Shown piece after piece: positions 38,395 through 49,175 of a stretch of DNA of 64,000 bases. Every line of letters begins with the position of its first letter. Within the stretch, counting starts at the first letter, position 1. Origin of the DNA: an uncultured Acidobacteriota bacterium (GTDB taxonomy: Bacteria; Acidobacteriota; Vicinamibacteria; Vicinamibacterales; CAVVIG01); the NCBI GenBank assembly GCA_963837345.1, contig CAWIMX010000001.1, positions 2,500,211-2,564,210 of the forward strand, in the 5' to 3' direction. The notes below the pieces were generated by a model that saw only the letters and a program-made list of their open reading frames with translations, was not told the origin of the DNA and searched no databases. The position numbers and the translations under genes were made by a program.

Positions 38395-38401
38395 GCCTAA
38401 C
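38395..38401 (-). other. isolated core site GTTAGGC marking the upstream edge of the cassette array
   Basis: Minus strand reads ...GCGCCCTACTTCAATACTT GTTAGGC. No convincing inverse-core or arm partner lies within 140 nt upstream. Confidence 0.45.
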
Positions 38402-38590
38402 AAGTATTGAAGTAGGGCGCTCTAATGCCTTCGCAGCCATTCGCGCTCGCTCGGATCGCGAACGGCGACCCGATCCTGTTGACCGGTCGCATCTTAGCAT
38501 CCGGCGTGCCAGCGCGGAGGCGCGATGGTTGGCTGCGAGGGCGTGTATGACTGCGAACGCGTCGCAGCGAATCAGCCCTGCCGCCTTGCC

Positions 38591-41032
38591 CTACTCGGAT
38601 CGCAACGCCTGCACGACGTCCACGCGGGCGGCTCGTGCCGCCGGCATGATCGACGCCGTGACCGCGGCGCCCACGAGCACACCCGCCGCGGCCGCCAGCG
38701 GCAGGGCGCCCGGCAGCTGCACGTGTTCGAGGTAGCTCGCGGCGACCCGGGCGAACAGGTAGCCTCCCAGCGCGCCGGCGACGATGCCGATCGCGGCAAT
38801 CAGCGCGCCTTCGCCGAGCACGCGGGTCAGCAGGTGCCGGGGCGTGGACCCGATGGCGAGCCGTACGCCGAACTCGCGCGTGCGCGCGCTCACCGAGAAG
38901 GCGAGCACGCCCGCCACGCCCACCACGGCGATGAGGAGCGCCACCCCCGCGAACCCCGAGAAGACGAACGCATTCAGCCGCTCGGGTGCCAGCACCTCCG
39001 CGCGCACGTCCTCGAGCGTGGCGGCGTGCTCGACGGGTTGATCCGCAAAGAGCTCGCGGATGATCCGCGTGGCCGGCGCCACGAGCGCGTAGGGATCGCC
39101 GCTCGCGTGCACGAACAGCCGGCCGCCGCCGAATTCCTGGCGCGTCGGGTGGTACACCGTCAGCGCCGGGCCCGGCACCACGTTCTCGTCGTCCACGTCG
39201 GCGGCGATGCCGACGATGCGGCGGGGCTCGGGCTTGACGTTGATGAAGGCCATGATCGGGTCGGTCCACGAGAGGTGACGGTTGAGCGCGTCGCCGTTCG
39301 GGAACAGCCGGTTCGCGACGCTCTGGCTCACGATCACCACGCGCTCGCTCTCGTTGCGGTCGTCCGCGTTGAAATCGCGTCCGGCCACGAGCGGCACGCC
39401 GAGGGCGTCGAAGAATCCCGGAGACACGGATCGGAAGCGCGCTCTCGGATTCTCCTCGCCGTCGGCGGGCGCAAAGCCCTCGACGGAAAACTGGAAACCG
39501 GGCCCGAAGCTGCCGGCGTCGCGCCAGGGCACGAAGCTGCCGAGCGCCACGCCGTCCACGCCGGGCAACGCGCCGATGCGCCTCGCGACGTCGTCGTAGT
39601 AGTCGGCGATCTGGGCGGCATTGCGCCCACCCGCCACCGTCGGGACGTCGATCGCGAGCACGCGCCGCATGTCGTAGCCGGTGCGTGCCGTCTGCAGCGT
39701 GATGAGCGTGGCGACGAGCATGCCCGCGCCGGCCAGCAGCACGAACGACAGGGCGATTTGCGTCACAGCAAACGCGCGCAACCGGCGGTTGGTGCCCGGC
39801 GTGATCCGCACGCCGCCGCTCGCCAGGCCGAAGCCGCCCGGCGCGTGTGCCGATGGCAGTCGGGGCACGAAGGCGAGGAGCACGGCGGCGGCGATGGCCA
39901 GGCCTGCGCCCACCCACAGCAGGCTCGCGTCGACGGTGACGTCGAGCGCGCGGATCGAGAACCGCGCGGCGTACCGCGCCAGCACCGCCGCGAGCGGCCG
40001 TGCGAGGAGCACGCCGAGCGCAGCGCCCGCACCGCAAAGCAGAAGACTTTCGGCGAGCAGCGTGCGCCGCAGCGCTCCCGTGCCCGCGCCAAGCGCCGCG
40101 CGCACGGCCAGCTCGCCCTCGCGGCGCACCGATCGCGCCAGGATCAGGTTCGCGACGTTCGAGCACGCGATGATGAAGACGAACCCGGCGGCGGCGAGCA
40201 GCACGAGCAGGACGGTGCGCGCGGGGGCCGTGATCTGATCGCGCAGCCGCCGGGCGCTCACCTGGCCCTGCGCCTTCGGCGAATACGCCTCGGGATGCGC
40301 CGCGACCATGCCGGCGTAGACGGCCTTCAACTCGGCCTGTGCCGACTCGAGCGTCTGGCCGGGAGCCAGCCGGCCGAACAGCTCCGTCATTCGATGCACG
40401 CGGCCGGTCACCATCGTGGCCGAGAGGTGGTGGGGGCTCGTGACGACATTGGCGATGATCTCGGTGTCGGCGGGGTACGGCACCGAGGGCTCGAGGACGC
40501 CGATGATCGTGGCGGATCTGGAGCCGAGCCGCACGGTCTTGCCCACCACCGACGGATCGCCGTTCAACGCCGTCGTCCAGAAGCGATAGGTGAGCACCGC
40601 GACGCCCGCCGCATCGGGCCCGTCATCGTCGGCCGTGATGAGGCGGCCGGCGACGGGGCGCAGGCCCATCACGTCGAAGAAGGAGCCGCCGACGACGCCG
40701 GCCTGGACGACGCGCGGCTCGCCGAGGCCGATCATCGTGAAGCCGATCGTGGAGAAGTCGCCGAATGCCCCAATCGTGTGGACGCGCGCCTTGAAGTCGT
40801 CGATCTCCGGCACCGAGAACGTGGTGTTCTCGACGCCGAGACCGGGCGCACTCTGCCGGATGTAGATCAGGTGCTCTTCGTCGCGATTGGCCAGCGGGCG
40901 CAGCAACACTCCGCGCACCACGCTGAAGATGGCGGCGTTGGCGCCGATGCCGAGCGCGAGGGTGACGACGATCGTCGCCGCGAGGCCCTTCACCCTGGCG
41001 AGGGATCGGAGCGCAAACCGAAGGTCGGTCAT
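38591..41032 (-). CDS. ADOP-family duplicated FtsX/MacB-like permease
   Basis: 813 aa. N-terminus MTDLRFALRSLARVKGLAATIVVTLALGIGANAAIF. Two FtsX-like 4-TM modules, each preceded by a large periplasmic domain. Confidence 0.85.
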   Translation of the reverse strand: MTDLRFALRSLARVKGLAATIVVTLALGIGANAAIFSVVRGVLLRPLANRDEEHLIYIRQSAPGLGVENTTFSVPEIDDFKARVHTIGAFGDFSTIGFTMIGLGEPRVVQAGVVGGSFFDVMGLRPVAGRLITADDDGPDAAGVAVLTYRFWTTALNGDPSVVGKTVRLGSRSATIIGVLEPSVPYPADTEIIANVVTSPHHLSATMVTGRVHRMTELFGRLAPGQTLESAQAELKAVYAGMVAAHPEAYSPKAQGQVSARRLRDQITAPARTVLLVLLAAAGFVFIIACSNVANLILARSVRREGELAVRAALGAGTGALRRTLLAESLLLCGAGAALGVLLARPLAAVLARYAARFSIRALDVTVDASLLWVGAGLAIAAAVLLAFVPRLPSAHAPGGFGLASGGVRITPGTNRRLRAFAVTQIALSFVLLAGAGMLVATLITLQTARTGYDMRRVLAIDVPTVAGGRNAAQIADYYDDVARRIGALPGVDGVALGSFVPWRDAGSFGPGFQFSVEGFAPADGEENPRARFRSVSPGFFDALGVPLVAGRDFNADDRNESERVVIVSQSVANRLFPNGDALNRHLSWTDPIMAFINVKPEPRRIVGIAADVDDENVVPGPALTVYHPTRQEFGGGRLFVHASGDPYALVAPATRIIRELFADQPVEHAATLEDVRAEVLAPERLNAFVFSGFAGVALLIAVVGVAGVLAFSVSARTREFGVRLAIGSTPRHLLTRVLGEGALIAAIGIVAGALGGYLFARVAASYLEHVQLPGALPLAAAAGVLVGAAVTASIMPAARAARVDVVQALRSE

Positions 41033-41074
41033 CGCCCGCCATTCTATGGCGGCTCCGGGGCGTGTGGTCTTGAA

Positions 41075-42424
<1,350 letters not shown>

Positions 42425-42518
42425 GACAACCCTCTGAACACGAGATGCTTCGGTGAGGGCTGAAAGCCGGAATGGCCGCAGAACTCAGGAAGGCGGAACA
42501 GCCTCCATTATACGCGAA

Positions 42519-43460
42519 TCATTGCACTGAAGCGGCGGCTTCCTCGGCCCGGGCGCCACGCAGCGAGAACTCGAGCGAGTAGTTGGCCTCGTGGCACGCG
42601 TACTCGAGCACCGGCTGGTCCGTGGCCTCGAACGGAATCGCGACCGTCCAGGGCGTCGTCCACGTGTCGGGGTCCTCGATCGTGGCCCGGTAGTCGATCG
42701 TATCCCCGTCGACGCGCCTGAAGCGCTCAACGACGTGCAGCCCTGTCCCCGATCCGCGGAACTTCGACTTCGCCGTGAAGTTCGTGGTGTCCACGACGAG
42801 CGTGTCGCCGACCCAGCGGCCGATGGAATCGCCGAGCCACTGGCGCATCGTCGGCGGCAGGTGGGCTCCGCCGATTCTGATGATGCGGGCGTCGTGGACC
42901 ACTTCGGTCAGGATCATCACGGCCTCGGGCGTCTGGACGATCTCGTAGTAATTCTGGGCGAACGGGTTCGGCACCATCGGGGGCGCGGCATTCGAGGAGC
43001 CGAAGGCCGTTTCGAGCAGGCATCGCTCGTCGAGGTCGAACGATTCGGGACCGTCGTGAGGCGGCTCGGCGCCATCCGGCGCCGGCTGGGGAGCTGGATG
43101 CACGCGCGGCGGCAGCTTGCCGTCGGCCGGATCGACGATGAGCGACGTGCGCCGCGTGGCGACCACCTTCAAGTCCTGCGTCTCGAGGAACGTCTCGTTG
43201 AGATCGCCCGCCGTCTTGACCTGGTCCTCGGGAAACGCGGCCAGCAGGCGCGTGATCCCCGAGTGTTCGAACTCGGCCGCTTCTTCCGGCGTGAAGAACT
43301 CCTGGTCGGCCAGCGCGTCCGGCCGCTCGAGGGGTGTGGCGGTGCCGTTGGTCCAGAGCCCCTGGAGGCTGGGCGGCTGGCCACCGGGTTGCTGGGCGCC
43401 GATATCGATCGAGCCGACGAGCGCCGCGGTCAGCAGAGCGGCCGTCATCCGTCGCGTCAT
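42519..43460 (-). CDS. hypothetical secreted protein
   Basis: Start at MTRRMTAALLTAALVG (ATG 43460) with a signal peptide. No family recognised. Confidence 0.6.
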   Translation of the reverse strand: MTRRMTAALLTAALVGSIDIGAQQPGGQPPSLQGLWTNGTATPLERPDALADQEFFTPEEAAEFEHSGITRLLAAFPEDQVKTAGDLNETFLETQDLKVVATRRTSLIVDPADGKLPPRVHPAPQPAPDGAEPPHDGPESFDLDERCLLETAFGSSNAAPPMVPNPFAQNYYEIVQTPEAVMILTEVVHDARIIRIGGAHLPPTMRQWLGDSIGRWVGDTLVVDTTNFTAKSKFRGSGTGLHVVERFRRVDGDTIDYRATIEDPDTWTTPWTVAIPFEATDQPVLEYACHEANYSLEFSLRGARAEEAAASVQ

Positions 43461-43525
43461 GTGAACGCCCTCCGCGCTGGACCGGATTCTAGGGCCGGTC
43501 GCGGATCCGGTCAATGTACATGGCG

Positions 43526-46153
43526 TCACAAACGGCGGATGGCGCCAGGGAGTTCGGTGCGACCGGCGTGCCAGGCCGGCACGAACGACGCGGCGAGCAC
43601 GATGCCGGCCACGACGAGGAACGCGCCTCCGAAGGAGATCGCATCGGTGGGGCCGACGCCATAGAGCAGGGTGGCCGCCAGGCGCGACGTGGCGAGCGAC
43701 AACACGAGGCCAACGCTGATGCCCAGGCTGCCGAGGCGCAGGCCTCGACGGAGAAACAGGCGGACGATGCCGGCACGTTGAGCGCCGAGGGCCAGCCGAA
43801 TGCCGATCTCGTGCGCGCTCTGCTGCACCGTGTATGACAAGAGTCCGTAGATTCCCAGCGCGGCGAGGCCGATCGCCATCGCGCTGACGACCGCCAGCAT
43901 CGAGGCCGCAATCTCGTAGCCGAACAGGCCGACCTTCACCTGGTCGCCCAGGGCATGAGCCTCGAGAATCGGGAGGTTGGGGTCGAGTGCGCGGACGTCA
44001 TTCCGCACGCGATCCATGAGCGTCGACACGTCGAGCGCGGCCGACCGGACGTGAATCGTCATGTCCGGCTGGTAGTCCTGACCGAACGGCATGTATACGT
44101 GCCCGACGGGCTGTTCGGTGAGGGTCTGGTGTTTCACGTCGCCGGCGACGCCGACGATCGTCCACCAGGACCCGTGCAAGCGGATCCGCTTCCCGAGCGC
44201 AGCCTCGGCGCCAGTCCAGAACCGGCGCGCCATGGCCTCGTCCACGACGACGACGAGCGGGCCGTCGGCCCTGTCGAAGCGGTTGAACGCACGGCCTGCG
44301 GCGAGTGGAATGCGGAGGGCCTGAAAGTAGCCGTCGGCGACCACCGTAAACGGGATGTTCAGGCTTTCGTCGCGCCGCGGCTCGTAGCCCTCGACGCCGG
44401 TTCGCCGCCAGGGGCCCGGAACGAGGCGCAGCGGCACCACGCTCGCGAGGGTCGCCGCGTCCACGCCAGGCGCGGCGCGGAGGCGATCGAGCAGACGCTC
44501 GTAGAAATCGCGGCCCTGCACCTCGTCGTAGCCGCTCGGCTTCACGTCCACCGACACCGACACGACGCCGCGGGGATCGAAGCCGGCATCCGCATGCCGT
44601 GCGACCAGCAGCGTCCGGCCGGCAAGACCGGCGCCCACGAGCAGCAGCAGCGACACCGCGATCTGCGAGACCACGAGACCGGCACGGAGCCGGCCCTTCG
44701 AGCGCCCGCCGCTGAATCCTTCGTCCTTGATCACCGAAACGAGCGGCACGCGCGCCGTGCGGAGCGCCGGCACGAACCCGAACAGGAGCGCGCTGACGAC
44801 GGACAACGCCAGGGCGAAGGCGATATCGGCCAGACCGATGGACATCTCAAACGACGCGGGGGCGGCCGCTGCCGCCGCCGACGATCCGGCCGGGTTCAGG
44901 TGCCCGATGGCGAGCGAGAGCGCCAGCCCGGCCAACGCTCCCGGCACGGCCAGCACCAGACATTCGAAGAGGAGGAGGCGCATCACGCGCACGCGGGACG
45001 CGCCCAGGGCACGCCGCACCGCGATTTCGCCCCGGCGCCCGACGCTGCGCGCCAGCACCAGGTTGGCGAGATTTGCCGACACCACGACGAGGAGCAGCAC
45101 GCCGACGGCGCCCATCAACGCCACGATGGGCAGGATGTAGGTTTGTGCGCCGAATGGCGATTGCCAGAGGGGAACGGCGGCGGCACGGGTCGGCACCGTG
45201 TCCATGGGGAAATCGGCCGAGAGCTGCCTCGAGAGCACGCCGATCTGGGCCGCGGCCGCCGAATGCGACAGGCCCGGCCTGACGTGGCCGAGGATCGCGA
45301 ACGGCCCCGCGTCGCGATCGTGCAGCACATCGGGCGGCGCCAGCTGCGGCTGCATCGTCACCGGGACGAACAGATCCGACTGCAGGGCGACAAAGGAGCC
45401 GTGGAACCCGCCGCTCGTCACACCGGCGATCGTCAGCGTGTGACCGTTGACGATCACGGTGCGGCCGACAACGTCCCTGGCCGCATCGAATGTGCGGCGC
45501 CACAGTCCTTCGCTGATCACGGCGATGGGCGGCTGGCCCGGGATCCCGTCATCGGACGGCAGGAGCGTGCGGCCGAGCGATGCCGAGACACCGAGCGTCT
45601 GGAAATAGTTGCCGCTCACGATCTCGCCCCAGATGCGCTCGCCGCGATCGCCGAGGCCGAGGTTCAATGGCAGCACCATCGCGGCGGCCAGGCTCGTGAA
45701 GCTCGAATCGTGATCGCGAAGATATTCGTAGTCCGGATACGGCAGCGGGACGGCGTCGCCGTTCCGCGTGCGCCCAAGAATCGTCGTGAGGCCGGCGGCA
45801 TCGGGGACGCCTGGCAGCGGCCGGAGGACGGCCGCCTTGAACAGCGCAAAGGCGCCGGCGTTCCCGGCGATGCCGATTCCGAGCACGAGCACGACGATTG
45901 CCGAGAAGGCCCGGCTGCGCTTCAGCAGACGGACGGCGTAGCCCGCGTCCTGTGCGAGACCGCCGAGCAGGTCGCGCCACCGGCTGCGCCAGACCGAACC
46001 CATCGAGTCGCGCGTGAGCGACAGGTTCCCGAACTCCTTACGCGCGGCAAGCCGGGCGGCATCCGGACTGTCGCCGCGGGCGATGCGCTCGTGCTCGCTG
46101 ATCGCCAGATGGCCGCGAATCTCGTCGTCCAGGTCGTGCTGGTCGGGCCTCAT
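43526..46153 (-). CDS. ADOP-family duplicated FtsX/MacB-like permease (in operon with padR)
   Basis: 875 aa with the N-terminal prefix ...DDEIRGHLAISEHERIARGDSPDAARLAARKEFGN typical of ADOP proteins. It starts 3 nt after the PadR stop. Confidence 0.85.
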   Translation of the reverse strand: MRPDQHDLDDEIRGHLAISEHERIARGDSPDAARLAARKEFGNLSLTRDSMGSVWRSRWRDLLGGLAQDAGYAVRLLKRSRAFSAIVVLVLGIGIAGNAGAFALFKAAVLRPLPGVPDAAGLTTILGRTRNGDAVPLPYPDYEYLRDHDSSFTSLAAAMVLPLNLGLGDRGERIWGEIVSGNYFQTLGVSASLGRTLLPSDDGIPGQPPIAVISEGLWRRTFDAARDVVGRTVIVNGHTLTIAGVTSGGFHGSFVALQSDLFVPVTMQPQLAPPDVLHDRDAGPFAILGHVRPGLSHSAAAAQIGVLSRQLSADFPMDTVPTRAAAVPLWQSPFGAQTYILPIVALMGAVGVLLLVVVSANLANLVLARSVGRRGEIAVRRALGASRVRVMRLLLFECLVLAVPGALAGLALSLAIGHLNPAGSSAAAAAAPASFEMSIGLADIAFALALSVVSALLFGFVPALRTARVPLVSVIKDEGFSGGRSKGRLRAGLVVSQIAVSLLLLVGAGLAGRTLLVARHADAGFDPRGVVSVSVDVKPSGYDEVQGRDFYERLLDRLRAAPGVDAATLASVVPLRLVPGPWRRTGVEGYEPRRDESLNIPFTVVADGYFQALRIPLAAGRAFNRFDRADGPLVVVVDEAMARRFWTGAEAALGKRIRLHGSWWTIVGVAGDVKHQTLTEQPVGHVYMPFGQDYQPDMTIHVRSAALDVSTLMDRVRNDVRALDPNLPILEAHALGDQVKVGLFGYEIAASMLAVVSAMAIGLAALGIYGLLSYTVQQSAHEIGIRLALGAQRAGIVRLFLRRGLRLGSLGISVGLVLSLATSRLAATLLYGVGPTDAISFGGAFLVVAGIVLAASFVPAWHAGRTELPGAIRRL

Positions 46154-46156
46154 GGC

Positions 46157-46510
46157 TCACTCCTCGGCCGACGTGGGGTTCATGATGCGGCCGATGGCCG
46201 CGACGAGCTGCGCCCAGCGATCCTGCTCGCGCGACAGCTGCGCCTTGCCGGCCGCCGTGAGCCGGTAGTACTTCGCCCGCTGGTTCGCCTCGCTCACTCC
46301 CCATTCCGATTTCAGCCAGCGGCGCTTCTCGAGGCGATGGAGCGCCGGGTAGAGCGAGCCGGTTTCGACCTTGAGCAGATCCTCGGACTGGGCGCGAATC
46401 GCCTGGCCGATGCCGTGGCCGTGCTGCGGCCCCCACTGGAGCGTCCGCAGAATCAGCATGTCGAGGGTGCCCTGGAGGAGCTCGAGGCGGCGGTCGGGTG
46501 GGTTGGCCAT
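46157..46510 (-). CDS. PadR family transcriptional regulator
   Basis: 117 aa. LQGTLDMLILRTLQWGPQHGHGIGQAI...GSLYPALHRLEKRRWLKSEWG is the winged-helix PadR pattern. Confidence 0.9.
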   Translation of the reverse strand: MANPPDRRLELLQGTLDMLILRTLQWGPQHGHGIGQAIRAQSEDLLKVETGSLYPALHRLEKRRWLKSEWGVSEANQRAKYYRLTAAGKAQLSREQDRWAQLVAAIGRIMNPTSAEE

Positions 46511-46513
46511 GTC

Positions 46514-46549
46514 GTAGACAGTCTACAGCCTTGGACGTAGACTGTCTAC
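46514..46549 (-). promoter_or_regulatory. two 13-bp palindromic operators overlapping putative -35/-10 elements of padR
   Basis: GTAGACAGTCTAC (46514-46526) and GTAGACTGTCTAC (46537-46549). Minus strand reads TAGACA-17 nt-TAGACT-9 nt-ATG. Confidence 0.6.
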
Positions 46550-46574
46550 AGCTTGTTCCGGGCGCCGGGCCGTC

Positions 46575-49175
46575 CTACTCGCAGCGCAACGCGGCCATCG
46601 GATCGACCCGCGACGCGCGCCAGGCAGGTACGAGCGCGGCGGCCACCGCCGTGCCCGCCAACACCAGCACGACAGAGATGAACACCAGCGGATCGGTCGG
46701 CGCGGTGTCGTACAAGAGCGATGTCAGCAGTCGTGTGAGCCCGAGCGCCGCCACGACGCCCGCCGCCGCGCCCGCCGCGGTCAGACCGAGCGCCTGGCGA
46801 ACCACCATGCCGACAATCTCGCCCGGACGCGCGCCGAGCGCGACGCGGACCCCAATCTCCTGCGTACGCCGCGACACCGAGTACGCCATCACGCCGTAAA
46901 TGCCGACGGCGGCGAGCGCGAGCGCGGCCAGCGCGAACGCTTCGAGGAGCACGGTCATCGCGCGGGATTGTGCCAGCGTTCCGTCCACCACGTCCCGCAT
47001 CGTCCGGACGTCGGCCACCGGCACCTCGGGGTCGAGCCCCCGTACGACGGCCCGGACGGCCGGCGCGAGAAGGAGCGGATCGCCGGGCGTGCGAACCACG
47101 AGCGTCATCAGGCCGATCGCCAGCTGCGTGTGCGGCACATAGACGACGGGACCGGCCGTGTCCGCGAGACCCGAGAACGCGATGTCGTCCGCGACGCCGA
47201 CGACTTCCGCCTCGCCGTCGTTCGGCAGCCCGATCGAGACGTGAATGTGCTTGCCGAGCGGATCGTCGGCGCCGAAGGTCTGCCGCACGAGCGATTCGCT
47301 CACGATCGCGACGACGGGGGCATCGAGGGTGTCGCGCTCGTCGAACTCGCGGCCCTTCCGAATCGCGATGTGCATCGTCGGGAAGAACCCGGGCGTCACC
47401 GGCAGCACGGTGGTGGACGCCGCCTCGCCGGGCCCGGGTGGCGGCTGGTCGAGCCGCCAATAGCCGGTGCCGATGGCAAGACCGGTCATTGGAAGGAAAC
47501 TGATGCCGGCCGCCGAATCGACGCCGGGGAGGGCGCTCAGGCGATCGAGGGCCTGCGAGTAGAAGCCGGCCGAGACCCGCCCGTCGTTCCAGCGGTCGCC
47601 TGAAAGCGTGATGCGCGCCGTCAGGAGCCCGTCCGCGCGGAAGCCCGGGTCGACCTGCTGCAGACGCATGAAGCTCACGCCCAGCAGTCCGGCTCCGGCG
47701 AGCAGTACCACCGAAAACGCGACTTCGGCCGCGGCGAGCGACGAAAGCGCGCGGCGTGACGCGGGTGTCGTGCGACTGGTTCCGGCGTCGCGTCCCGCGT
47801 CGCTTCGGCCGCCCGTGGAGATGATCGCGGGCACGACGCCGAAGATGAAGCCGGTCGCCAGGGACACGCCGAGCGTGAACAGCACGACGGGCAGATCGAG
47901 CCGGGCCTCGTCGAGCCGCGGCACGTTGACACGGTTGGCCACGAGTGCCACGAGCGCGCGGCGCAGCACGACCGCCATCCCCAGGCCCAGCGAGCCTCCG
48001 AGGGCGGCGATGAACGTGCTCTCGGTCAGCATCTGCCGGACCAGCCGGGCGCGGCCCGCGCCGAGCGCGGCGCGCAGCGACAGCTCCCGGCCGCGCGCCG
48101 TGCTGCGGGCGAGGAGCAGGCTCGCGACGTTGGCGCAGGCGAGCAGCAGCACCAGGAGCACGGCGCCGCTCAGGACGAGCAGCGCGGGTCGGACGGCGCC
48201 CACGGTCTGCTCCAGGACGGGCACCACCAGGATCGTCCGGCCGCGGTTCCGCTGGGGCTGCTCCGAGACGAGCTGTGCGGCCAGCCCGCTCATTTCGGCG
48301 CGCGCCTGTTCGAGCGACACGCCGTCGCGCAGCCTGGCGAGGCCGTGCGAAAAGCCGCGGCCGGGGGCCGCGCGCATCGCGGCCGGGCTCTGGCCGTACG
48401 GGAGGTAGAAGTTGCCGCGCACGCCCTCGATCGTGAACCCCGCGGGCAGGACGCCGACGATCGTGCGAGGGCGGCCGCCCGCGACGATCGACGAGCCCAC
48501 GACGTCCGCGCGGCCGCCGAAGCGGGAGATCCAGAACTGGTAGTCGAGCAGGATCACGCTCGCGTCCTGGCCGAAGTCCTCGTCGGGTGTGTACACGCGC
48601 CCCACGACCGCCGGGATCCCGAGGACCGTGAACACGTTCGCCGTCGCCAGGAAGCCGGGGATCTCTTCCGCGACGCCGTTGAACGTGAATGTCAGCCGGT
48701 ATGCGCCCACCATCCCGATGCCGTCGAACGATCGGCTCCGTTCGCGCCACTCGATCAGGTTGGCCGAGGCAATCACGTTCGGTCTGAGGCTGTCGCGGCC
48801 CGTCTCCCACAGGCTGACGACGTGGTCCGGGTCGCGATAGGGCAGCGGCTTGAGCATCACGCCGCGGACGACCGAATACACCGCGGCCGTGACGCCGATC
48901 CCGAGCGCGAGGATCAGGATGGTGGCGAGCGAGGCCGCGGGGCTGCGCTGGAGGACGCGGACGGCATAGCGCAGGTCCTGGCGGAGCTGGTCGAGCCAGA
49001 CGGGGATCCACGCCGCCCGCGTCCGCTCGGCGGCGAGGGCCGTGCTGCCGAACGCGCGGAGGGCCGCGCGACGGGCCTCGTCTGGGCTCAGGCCGCGCGC
49101 GATGTTGTCGTCGATCTCGCGCTCGAGGTGATCGCGGATGTCGTCGGGCAGGTCGTCGAGCGGGTGGCGGCTCAT
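46575..49175 (-). CDS. ADOP-family duplicated FtsX/MacB-like permease
   Basis: 866 aa. The prefix MSRHPLDDLPDDIRDHLEREIDDNIARGLSPDEARRAALRAFG is followed by duplicated FtsX-like modules. Confidence 0.85.
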   Translation of the reverse strand: MSRHPLDDLPDDIRDHLEREIDDNIARGLSPDEARRAALRAFGSTALAAERTRAAWIPVWLDQLRQDLRYAVRVLQRSPAASLATILILALGIGVTAAVYSVVRGVMLKPLPYRDPDHVVSLWETGRDSLRPNVIASANLIEWRERSRSFDGIGMVGAYRLTFTFNGVAEEIPGFLATANVFTVLGIPAVVGRVYTPDEDFGQDASVILLDYQFWISRFGGRADVVGSSIVAGGRPRTIVGVLPAGFTIEGVRGNFYLPYGQSPAAMRAAPGRGFSHGLARLRDGVSLEQARAEMSGLAAQLVSEQPQRNRGRTILVVPVLEQTVGAVRPALLVLSGAVLLVLLLACANVASLLLARSTARGRELSLRAALGAGRARLVRQMLTESTFIAALGGSLGLGMAVVLRRALVALVANRVNVPRLDEARLDLPVVLFTLGVSLATGFIFGVVPAIISTGGRSDAGRDAGTSRTTPASRRALSSLAAAEVAFSVVLLAGAGLLGVSFMRLQQVDPGFRADGLLTARITLSGDRWNDGRVSAGFYSQALDRLSALPGVDSAAGISFLPMTGLAIGTGYWRLDQPPPGPGEAASTTVLPVTPGFFPTMHIAIRKGREFDERDTLDAPVVAIVSESLVRQTFGADDPLGKHIHVSIGLPNDGEAEVVGVADDIAFSGLADTAGPVVYVPHTQLAIGLMTLVVRTPGDPLLLAPAVRAVVRGLDPEVPVADVRTMRDVVDGTLAQSRAMTVLLEAFALAALALAAVGIYGVMAYSVSRRTQEIGVRVALGARPGEIVGMVVRQALGLTAAGAAAGVVAALGLTRLLTSLLYDTAPTDPLVFISVVLVLAGTAVAAALVPAWRASRVDPMAALRCE

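Larger units (their letters stand above)
35844..38401 (-). mobile_element. integron-type gene-cassette array without integrase in the window (CALIN-like), about five cassettes
   Basis: Serial attC-like sites (RYYYAAC ... imperfect inverted arms ... GTTRRRY) lie 2-15 nt after minus-strand ORF stops, spaced about 350-630 bp. Codon usage is visibly less GC-rich than in the flanks. No recombinase ORF is present. Confidence 0.7.

Noticed and set aside
38402-38484. GGTCAAC at 38478-38484 (minus strand) as the inverse core of a sixth attC ending at GTTAGGC 38395-38401
   Set aside because: The sequences adjacent to the two cores are not complementary. Only a local hairpin GGATCG-N12-CGATCC is present, so the attC fold is not supported. 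The edge is treated as an attI-like or truncated junction instead.
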